The notes beneath the pieces are model-generated. The model searched no databases and had not been told where the DNA came from. It saw nothing but the letters and a program-made list of their open reading frames with translations. Positions 57,732 through 64,000 of a stretch of 64,000 bases of DNA are shown here, in pieces. Origin of the DNA: Polyangiales bacterium. Lineage in GTDB: Bacteria > Myxococcota_A > Polyangia > Polyangiales > Houyiibacteriaceae. The stretch lies in NCBI GenBank assembly GCA_049645265.1, contig JBARTN010000167.1, forward strand, positions 14,538 through 78,537. Reading direction: 5' to 3'. Position 1 is the first letter of the stretch. Every line of letters begins with the position of its first letter. The translations under genes were made by a program, and so were the position numbers.

Positions 57732-57932
57732 CTAGCCGCCTCCTACGAAATTGACCACCTCGACCCGGTCCCCGTCGCTGAGATGGGTGCTCTCATGCTG
57801 AGCCCGCGGCACGACTTCTTCATTGCGCTCGACCGCCACCAAGGTGTCCTCGAGGCCGAGAGAGGAAAGCAGCTGCTTCACCGTCGTACTCGGCTCGACC
57901 TGCCGTTCTTCACCGTTGACCAGGAGACGCAT
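57732..57932 (-). CDS. thiS: Sulfur-carrier protein ThiS
   Basis: 66 aa from [12 protein letters not shown] to the C-terminal VGGG (Gly-Gly terminus). Its stop abuts the thiG start. The ORF-track extension to 58103 is implausible. Confidence 0.85.
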   Translation of the reverse strand: MRLLVNGEERQVEPSTTVKQLLSSLGLEDTLVAVERNEEVVPRAQHESTHLSDGDRVEVVNFVGGG

Positions 57933-58018
57933 CGGTCGAGAGCGTAGGGCGGACGCAGAGGCGCTGCAAGCGGGTTCGAAGATGGGCGCGCTCCGCTCTG
58001 GATGATAAGCTCGGCCCC

Positions 58019-58888
58019 GTGAAGCGCATCGTGCATGGCGACAATTTGCGGGTCCTCGAGACGCTCCCTCGCGAGCATGCGCGCTTGATCTACATCGACC
58101 CACCGTTCAACACCGGGCGGACGCAATCTCGCCAGCGGATGCAGGTGCGTGCTGCGGCCCAGGGCGAGCGAAAGGGGTTCGGCGGCCGCCGCTACGAGGT
58201 CGAGCGGCTCGACAGTCCCGCCTACGAAGACGAGTACGACGAGTACCTTCTCTTCCTGATGAGTCGAATCGAAGCAGCGCTCCCTTGCCTAACCTGCGAC
58301 GGCTCACTGTTCGTGCACCTCGACTATCGGGAAGTCCATTACGTAAAGGTCGCGCTCGATCGCCTGCTCGGCCGAGATCGTTTCCGCAACGAGATCATCT
58401 GGGCGTACGACTTTGGTGGGCGCCCGAAGCGCTGGTGGCCGGCCAAGCACGACACACTGCTCTGGTACGTGCTCGACCCCAAGGACTACGTCTTCCGGTT
58501 TGAAGAAATGGACCGCATTCCGTACATGGCGCCTGGGCTCGTAGGGAAAGAGAAGGCGGCAAGGGGCAAGACACCGACCGACGTCTGGTGGCACACCATC
58601 GTTCCAACCAATGGCAAAGAAAAGACAGGGTACCCGACGCAAAAGCCGCTGGGTGTGCTGAACCGCATCATCAAGGTGCACAGCGAGCCCGGCGACACGG
58701 TTCTGGATTTCTTCGCGGGAAGCGGGACGACAGGTGAGGCTGCAGCGCGCCTAGGCAGAGGCTTCGTGCTCATCGACGAGCATCATGAGGCGATCGAGAT
58801 CATGCGCAGACGCCTCGCCCAATGGGAGCCGGAGATCGAGATTCACGGTGGAGATCAACGGGGCACCAGCTCGACCTCGAAGAGCTGA
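58019..58888 (+). CDS. Solitary beta-class N6-adenine/N4-cytosine DNA methyltransferase
   Basis: 289-aa ORF (GTG start). Catalytic motif IV ([10 protein letters not shown]) is N-terminal and SAM motif I ([14 protein letters not shown]) is C-terminal, which is the beta-class permutation. No endonuclease-like ORF is adjacent. Confidence 0.8.
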   Translation: MKRIVHGDNLRVLETLPREHARLIYIDPPFNTGRTQSRQRMQVRAAAQGERKGFGGRRYEVERLDSPAYEDEYDEYLLFLMSRIEAALPCLTCDGSLFVHLDYREVHYVKVALDRLLGRDRFRNEIIWAYDFGGRPKRWWPAKHDTLLWYVLDPKDYVFRFEEMDRIPYMAPGLVGKEKAARGKTPTDVWWHTIVPTNGKEKTGYPTQKPLGVLNRIIKVHSEPGDTVLDFFAGSGTTGEAAARLGRGFVLIDEHHEAIEIMRRRLAQWEPEIEIHGGDQRGTSSTSKS

Positions 58889-59712
58889 GGCCAAAGCTTT
58901 CCAGTCACCAGAAACGTCTTCGAATCGGGTTTGTAGGCGATTCCGTTGAGGACGTCGGCCCGCGGCGATTCGAACATCGTCAGCAGCTCGCTCGCATCGA
59001 TGCTGGCGGTGACGCGACCGGTCTTGGAATCGATGCGGAGGATCTCGTTGCTCTGCCAGACGTTGGCGTAGATTTGGGAGCCCACGCATTCGAGCTCGTT
59101 GAGCCGCGGCACGGGGTGCCCCTCTTTCATGACGCTGACCTCGCGAAGAACCTCCATGGACTTCGGATCGCGAAATTCCAGAATCGAAGAGCCATCGCTC
59201 ATCACCAGCGACGTCCCGTCGAAACACAGACCCCAACCTTCACCGGAGTAGCGAAGCGCCGTGCGCCGTTCGAGCGTCGCCAAGTCCGCAACCAGAGCAA
59301 GCCCTGATCGCCAGGTGAGTTGGACCAATTGGTCATCGACCCGTGCCAGCCCTTCGCCGAACAAATCGGGCTCGAGCTCGCGTCGTGCGAGCACCTTGCC
59401 GTCTTCGAGCCGGACCTTGCGCAGCGATGACTCCCCGTACTGACCGGTGCTTTCGTACATGACGCCGTCATGCCAGATGAGCCCCTGAGTAAACGCGTCT
59501 TTATCGTGCGGGTACTGACGAAGGACGCGGACACGGAGCGCTTCGGGCGCCGGTGCACCGACGGGGCGGGGCGCGTCGGTGGGCGTCACGTGGACTGGTG
59601 ACACGGTTTCCTCGGCGGGCTTTCCGCAGCCGGGAGCCAGCGCAACCGCGACCGCCACGAGGCCGCCTACGAGCATCTCCCAATCCAATCGGCGCCGGTG
59701 AGCCTTTGCCAT
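58855..59712 (-). CDS. Glutaminyl-peptide cyclotransferase (bacterial/plant beta-propeller type), probable lipoprotein
   Basis: 285-aa ORF with a signal/lipobox-like VAVALAPGCG. The core (YPHDKDAFTQGLIWHDGVMYESTGQYGESSLRKV...LFGEGL) matches the Glu_cyclase_2 family. Confidence 0.8.
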   Translation of the reverse strand: MAKAHRRRLDWEMLVGGLVAVAVALAPGCGKPAEETVSPVHVTPTDAPRPVGAPAPEALRVRVLRQYPHDKDAFTQGLIWHDGVMYESTGQYGESSLRKVRLEDGKVLARRELEPDLFGEGLARVDDQLVQLTWRSGLALVADLATLERRTALRYSGEGWGLCFDGTSLVMSDGSSILEFRDPKSMEVLREVSVMKEGHPVPRLNELECVGSQIYANVWQSNEILRIDSKTGRVTASIDASELLTMFESPRADVLNGIAYKPDSKTFLVTGKLWPQLFEVELVPR

Positions 59713-59788
59713 CCAGACGGAAGCCTAGCCTTCGGGCGTTGGGACGCCAATGCTTGACGCCAGCGGTGCCAACCGTTAGCTCCAAGCC

Positions 59789-60943
59789 GTGCAGCCGGAT
59801 TCCTCGAAGCCATCCAGACCGCGCGTCCAGCACGCGGACGCTTCGCTACGACCGACGCGCGCCGAGATCTTGCTCGACGCGATAGGGCACAACCTTCGCG
59901 TGGTGCAGGGTGCGGCGGCCGGGCGGAAAATCCTGGCGGTCGTGAAGGCGGACGCCTACGGGCACGGCGTGGTTCCGGTCGCCCGGCGGCTACAGGCCGA
60001 AGGTGTGGATGGTTTTGGTGTCGCACTGGCCGAAGAGGGAATCGAGCTTCGGGAAGCCGGCATCGACCGCGCCATCCTCGTCCTCAACGGCATCAATGGC
60101 GGCGCCCACCGCGAGATCATCGCGGCCGGGCTCACGCCCGTGCTTTACGAAATCTCCGAAGCCAGCGCATTCGAGTTGGTGTCCGGGAGCCGCCCGATCG
60201 ACGTGCACCTCAAAGTCGACACGGGCATGGGCCGGCTCGGCGTGCCCCTCGGGGAGCTCAGTGCCTTCCTGCGTGAGCTTCGTCGATTTCCTTCGATTCG
60301 CATCGCGGGGTTGATGACGCATCTGTCGACCGCCGACGCAGATCCGCAGTACGTCGCGGAGCAGCTCGCGGGATTCGCGCAAGCACGAGGTCTCGTTCGC
60401 CGCTTTGGTCACGAGCCGTCGGTCCTGCACGTCGCCAATAGCGCTGCCTTGTTCCGGCACCCGGAGTCCCATTTCGATTGGGTACGTACCGGCCTCGCAC
60501 TCTACGGCTACCCTGGCTCCGATACGATCGATGCGCCCCTTCGCCCCGCGCTTCGCTGGCGCACGGAGGTTCTTCGGGTTCGAACCTTGCAAGCCGGCGA
60601 GTCGGTCGGCTACGGACGCTCGTTTCGTGCACGCACAGAAACTCGCCTGGCGACCATCCCGGTTGGTTACGGCGACGGCTTGTTGCGATCCGCTTCGAAT
60701 CGCGGACAGGTGTTGATCGGTGGTGTTCGCTGTCCAATTGTCGGCAACATCGCGATGGACCTGACCACCGTCGATGTTTCGGGCGTTTCGGGTGTCGCCA
60801 TCGGCGACGAGGTTCTGCTGCTGGGTGAGCAAGGCGGCGCCGTGCTCGACGCGCGTGACCTCGCCGTGGCGGCCGGAACGATTCCGTATGAGGTGCTGAC
60901 CAACGTCTCGCGGCGGGTTCCGCGTGTCTACTTGAATGGCTGA
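59789..60943 (+). CDS. alr: Alanine racemase
   Basis: 384-aa ORF (GTG start) with the PLP-Lys block ILAVVKADAYGHG. Also VDTGMGRLG, ANSAA, RTGLALYG, GYGDG and TIPYEVLT. Confidence 0.9.
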   Translation: MQPDSSKPSRPRVQHADASLRPTRAEILLDAIGHNLRVVQGAAAGRKILAVVKADAYGHGVVPVARRLQAEGVDGFGVALAEEGIELREAGIDRAILVLNGINGGAHREIIAAGLTPVLYEISEASAFELVSGSRPIDVHLKVDTGMGRLGVPLGELSAFLRELRRFPSIRIAGLMTHLSTADADPQYVAEQLAGFAQARGLVRRFGHEPSVLHVANSAALFRHPESHFDWVRTGLALYGYPGSDTIDAPLRPALRWRTEVLRVRTLQAGESVGYGRSFRARTETRLATIPVGYGDGLLRSASNRGQVLIGGVRCPIVGNIAMDLTTVDVSGVSGVAIGDEVLLLGEQGGAVLDARDLAVAAGTIPYEVLTNVSRRVPRVYLNG

Positions 60944-60975
60944 CGTTTCCCCGAGGAACCATGCTATGAAGTCTC

Positions 60976-61824
60976 GTGCCTGACGCCGCGCCCAGCGCAC
61001 CCGCGCCCCCGGAAAAAGCGTCGAAGCTCCGCGCGACCGCTCGTGACGCCGGCGAGTGGCTCCTGCAGGCGCTCTTGTCGCCGTTCGTCGAGATCGGGGC
61101 GCTCTTCAAGCTTTTGTCGGAGTCGGTGTTTTGGGGGATCCGCCCGCCGTACCGTGGCCGCCTTTTCGTCGAGGCGATGCAGTTCATCGGCATCGGCTCG
61201 ATCTTCCTCGTTTCGCTGACCGCGGTCTTCGTCGGTGGCGTGCTTGCCTTGCAGCTCGTCGATGGCTTTCGCGACTTTGGTGCCGAAAGCCAGACCGGCG
61301 CCGTCATCGGCTTGGCCTTGGCCCGGGAGATCGGGCCGGTGTTCGCCGCCCTGATGGTCACCAGCCGGGCCGGGAGCGCGATGACGACCGAGATCGGCTC
61401 CATGCGCGTAACCAACCAAATCGACGCCTTGGTCACCATGGCGGTCAACCCGGTGCAGTACTTGGTCGTACCGAGGGTCGTCGCTGGCTTCGTGATGGTC
61501 CCGGTCCTGACGATGCTCTTCAACATCGTCGGCGTGATGGGAGCCTACTTCGTGGCCGTGTCGCTCCTCGGGCTCGATCCCGGGGTGTTCATGGACCGGC
61601 TCAAGTGGCTGGTCGACTGGGATGACGTCTCTCAAGGGCTGATCAAGGCGATGGTCTTCGGCGTAGCGGTGACGCTGATCGCTTGCCGGCAGGGCTTCTA
61701 TGCGGAAGGCGGAGCAGCCGGAGTGGGGCGCGCCACGAACCGCGCGGTGGTGCAGAGCGCCATCGCCATCCTCATGCTCGACTATCTCGTCACGAGTCTC
61801 GTCTTGGGACAAGGTTTCTTCTGA
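60976..61824 (+). CDS. mlaE: Phospholipid ABC transporter permease MlaE
   Basis: 282-aa ORF. The blocks GIGSIFLVSLTAVFVGGVLALQ, REIGPVFAALMVTSRAGSAMTTEIGSMRVTNQIDAL and NPVQYLVVPRV are typical of MlaE. Confidence 0.85.
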   Translation: MPDAAPSAPAPPEKASKLRATARDAGEWLLQALLSPFVEIGALFKLLSESVFWGIRPPYRGRLFVEAMQFIGIGSIFLVSLTAVFVGGVLALQLVDGFRDFGAESQTGAVIGLALAREIGPVFAALMVTSRAGSAMTTEIGSMRVTNQIDALVTMAVNPVQYLVVPRVVAGFVMVPVLTMLFNIVGVMGAYFVAVSLLGLDPGVFMDRLKWLVDWDDVSQGLIKAMVFGVAVTLIACRQGFYAEGGAAGVGRATNRAVVQSAIAILMLDYLVTSLVLGQGFF

Positions 61825-62636
61825 TGAAGCTCTTTCGACGGAACCTGATTCGCTTGGCGCGGGCTCCACGGCCTCCGGAAAGGAAGGATGATCCGATTCA
61901 CGTGAGGATTCGTGATCTGCACAAGAGCTACGGCGAGCATCACGTGCTCAAAGGCGTGTCACTCGACATTCATCGAGGGAAGACGAATCTCATCATTGGG
62001 CCCTCCGGGTCCGGTAAGACTGTCCTGATGCGGCAGTTGATCCGGCTCGAAAACCCGGACTCCGGGCAACTCATCGTCAACGGTATCGATTTCGCCAAGC
62101 TCGAAGGCCTCGATCTGGCGGCGATGCGGCGCACCTTCGGCATGGTCTTCCAAATGTCTGCGCTTTTCGACTCGATGACGGTGTTCGACAACGTCGCGTT
62201 TCCACTTCGGGAGCACACCGATCTTTCCCGCAAGGAGGTTCGCGAACGCGTGATGGATCGCCTTGCTGCGCTCGGTGTGGCGGCGGCGGCCCAGAAGCTT
62301 CCTGCCCATCTCTCCGGGGGGATGCAGAAGCGCGTGGCCGTCGCGCGGGCGATGATCCTCGAGAGCGAGATTCTGATCTACGACGAGCCCACCACCGGGC
62401 TAGACCCGATCACGACCGAAATGGTCGATGAGCTGATCACCGAGGCCGAGGAGATGTTCGGCGTCACCTCGATCGTGATCAGCCACGACATGGCCTCGGT
62501 CGTGCGCATCGCCAATCAGCTGAGCTTCTTGCACGAGGGGCAGATTGCGGCGACCGGGACACCCGAGGAGCTTCTGCACACCGATCATCCGGCCACTGCC
62601 GAATTCATAAGGGCGTCGAGAATCAACATGGGCTGA
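61824..62636 (+). CDS. mlaF: Phospholipid ABC transporter ATP-binding protein MlaF
   Basis: 270 aa from MKLFRRN, with the ATG overlapping the mlaE TGA by 1 nt. Walker A is GPSGSGKTV, the signature is LSGGMQKRVAVARA, and Walker B is ILIYDEPTTGLD. Confidence 0.85.
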   Translation: MKLFRRNLIRLARAPRPPERKDDPIHVRIRDLHKSYGEHHVLKGVSLDIHRGKTNLIIGPSGSGKTVLMRQLIRLENPDSGQLIVNGIDFAKLEGLDLAAMRRTFGMVFQMSALFDSMTVFDNVAFPLREHTDLSRKEVRERVMDRLAALGVAAAAQKLPAHLSGGMQKRVAVARAMILESEILIYDEPTTGLDPITTEMVDELITEAEEMFGVTSIVISHDMASVVRIANQLSFLHEGQIAATGTPEELLHTDHPATAEFIRASRINMG

Positions 62637-62745
62637 CGAGTACTCCGCCGAAGGGCAGCGGGCGGCTGGGCGTCCGACGATCCGTCGGTGAGCGCGGCTC
62701 GCCTGGTGGGTCAGCCTACGCGCGGAAGATGGGTTCCCTCGGCCC

Positions 62746-63612
62746 TCAAGCGTAGTTCCGCACCACGACTTCGCTCACCTTGCCGCGCTTGGTCGCATCG
62801 CAGTTGATCGCGCGGGGTGCGGCGACGGTGTCGACTTTGAATTCGCGATAGAGGTTTCGAATGAAGGGTACATCGCTGTTGGAGAGCATGAGCTTGCAAC
62901 CCCGACGGTCGAGCGCCTTGTAGACGTCGCGCAGCCGCGTTTGGTCTTCCTGCGAAAAGCCGTCGCGCGCGTAGGACGTGAAGCTCGCGGTCACCGACAC
63001 CGGCTCGTAGGGCGGGTCGAAGTAGACGAAGTCGCCGGGCTTGGCGTTTTCGAGGAGCGTGTCGAAGGATGCGCATCGTAGATCTGCACCCTGAAGCGCC
63101 CCGCTTGCCGCCTGCAACGCATCTTCGTTCAAGATCCGCGGATTCTTGTACGCGCCTACCGGCACGTTGAACTCGCCTTTGCGATTGACTCGATGCAAGC
63201 CGTTGAAGCAGGTCTTGTTGAGATAGATGAACATAGCTGCCCGCTTGGACGTCGAAACACGACGGTTTTGGTTGTAGCGTTCGCGCACCTCGTAGTACCG
63301 TTCCTTCGAGTGTTGGCCAGCAAGGCTTCGCAGCCCGCCGATCACGCCTTCGACGTCGTCGCGAATCGCCGCGTACGTCGAAACCAGGGTGGGGTTGATG
63401 TCGGTCAGCAGGGCGCGCCTTGGGCGACGCGCGAAGTACAGCGCGCCACCGCCGACGAATGGCTCGACATGGCGCATCTGCTCGACCCCTCGAGGGAGCA
63501 GCGGTCGCAGCTGGCTGAGCAATCGGCCCTTGCCCCCAACCCACTTCACGAAGGGAGTTGCCTCCCGTGGCTCGTGCTCTATCCGCACCGCGGCCGCCGC
63601 CCATGTCGTCAT
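62746..63612 (-). CDS. dam: Solitary Dam-type (alpha-class, D12) N6-adenine DNA methyltransferase
   Basis: 288 aa from MTTWAAA. Contains FVKWVGGKGRLL, EPFVGGGALYF (FxGxG) and FVYFDPPYEP (DPPY). The ORF-track GTG start at 63627 falls inside an upstream palindrome. Codon usage looks slightly less GC-biased than in neighbouring genes. Confidence 0.85.
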   Translation of the reverse strand: MTTWAAAAVRIEHEPREATPFVKWVGGKGRLLSQLRPLLPRGVEQMRHVEPFVGGGALYFARRPRRALLTDINPTLVSTYAAIRDDVEGVIGGLRSLAGQHSKERYYEVRERYNQNRRVSTSKRAAMFIYLNKTCFNGLHRVNRKGEFNVPVGAYKNPRILNEDALQAASGALQGADLRCASFDTLLENAKPGDFVYFDPPYEPVSVTASFTSYARDGFSQEDQTRLRDVYKALDRRGCKLMLSNSDVPFIRNLYREFKVDTVAAPRAINCDATKRGKVSEVVVRNYA

Positions 63613-63633
63613 GTGTAGTATGATCACCTACAC
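63613..63633 (-). promoter_or_regulatory. Perfect 6-bp inverted repeat with GATC in the 9-nt spacer, abutting the dam ATG
   Basis: The plus strand reads GTGTAG-tatgatcac-CTACAC. On the coding strand this is GTGTAG GTGATCATA CTACAC, followed directly by ATG (63612). Confidence 0.5.
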
Positions 63634-63705
63634 AGAGCGAAGAATGGAAAAAAGCGGCGGTTCCCAGGCGAATATCGGCCGAATTTCGGTTGGTTAGGAC
63701 CGGGG

Positions 63706-64000
63706 CTACCCGGCCTCGGCGACCATCGTGCGGAGGCGGTCGAGCGCTTCGGCGAGCACCGGCATCGGTGGTCCGAACGAGAAACGCATGTGCTGGACGA
63801 AACGCGAGGGCCGTCCAGTCCGGCGCTTGCCCGGATTCACGTCGAAGAAGTGCCCGGGCACCGCAATCACCTGTCGCTCGAGCGCCGCCTTGAAGAAATC
63901 GTCGCTGTTTCGAATCGACCGGGGTAGGCCGCTCAGGTTTCCCCAGGCGTAGAAGGTCCCCTGCGGCTCGAGGTCGAACTTGACGCCGATGTCCTTGAGG
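63706..64000 (-). CDS. Class I/II PLP-dependent aminotransferase, C-terminal fragment (gene continues beyond the window)
   Basis: Not in the ORF track because the start lies outside the window. The reverse translation reads LKDIGVKFDLEPQGTFYAWGNLSGLPRSIRNSDDFFKAALERQVIAVPGHFFDVNPG...RFSFGPPMPVLAEALDRLRTMVAEAG then stop (TAG at 63706-63708), which is typical aminotransferase C-terminal blocks. Confidence 0.6.
   Translation of the reverse strand, partial: LKDIGVKFDLEPQGTFYAWGNLSGLPRSIRNSDDFFKAALERQVIAVPGHFFDVNPGKRRTGRPSRFVQHMRFSFGPPMPVLAEALDRLRTMVAEAG

Noticed and set aside
57933-58018. Possible TPP riboswitch in the thiS leader
   Set aside because: The minus-strand leader has GGGGCC...GCGCCC...CGAACC segments vaguely like P2 and J-regions. 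However, it lacks the CUGAGA element and the ACCUGAUCUGG...GCG-AGGGA pyrophosphate-sensor arm, and only 86 nt are available. A covariance-model scan (RF00059) would settle it.
62674-62688. Hairpin CCGACG-atc-CGTCGG between mlaF and dam, considered as a bidirectional terminator
   Set aside because: Only a 6-bp stem with a 3-nt loop, and no flanking T/A tract on either strand. Too weak to call.

Overview
This is a very GC-rich, densely coding chromosomal segment (G+C judged by eye, not computed). I call about 48 protein genes. I saw no rRNA, tRNA, CRISPR array, transposase, integrase or prophage genes. The giant TPR proteins, several degenerate enzyme paralogues, ethylmalonyl-CoA genes, frequent GTG/TTG starts and ATGA stop/start overlaps suggest a Myxococcota-like (deltaproteobacterial) chromosome; that is inference only.

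Most of the window is housekeeping:
- Translation, replication and protein quality control: engB, murJ, hslO, an isocitrate/isopropylmalate dehydrogenase-family gene, rpsT, holA, a ClpA/ClpC-type ATPase, nadD and smc.
- Metabolism: pheA, glpK, purL-purQ, thiS-thiG-thiE and alr.
- Lipid transport: mlaE-mlaF.

Stretches worth a second look:
1. An ~11.8-kb translationally coupled minus-strand unit (11497-23344). It holds two tandem ~1,500-aa TPR proteins that share an unassigned C-terminal module, linked to an SDR, a ligand-less metallophosphoesterase-like ORF, nadD and a DUF2520 gene.
2. pspA, followed within 3-12 nt by a cyclase-homology/STAND/TPR protein in which both catalytic motifs look degenerate.
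3. A signal-peptidase-I homologue lacking both the catalytic Ser and the catalytic Lys.
4. An ecm-meaB-ccr-mcd ethylmalonyl-CoA operon, divergent from an ScfR (RamB/PrpR-like) regulator.
5. Two solitary DNA methyltransferases. One is a Dam-type gene preceded by a GATC-centred palindrome, sitting where mlaD would be expected.
6. An envelope-remodelling trio of two sulfatase-superfamily membrane proteins plus an ArnT/PMT-like glycosyltransferase.

Functional calls rest on motifs I could read in the translations and on remembered family signatures. No searches or computations were run. Re-assigned start codons were derived by codon arithmetic from the ORF track.
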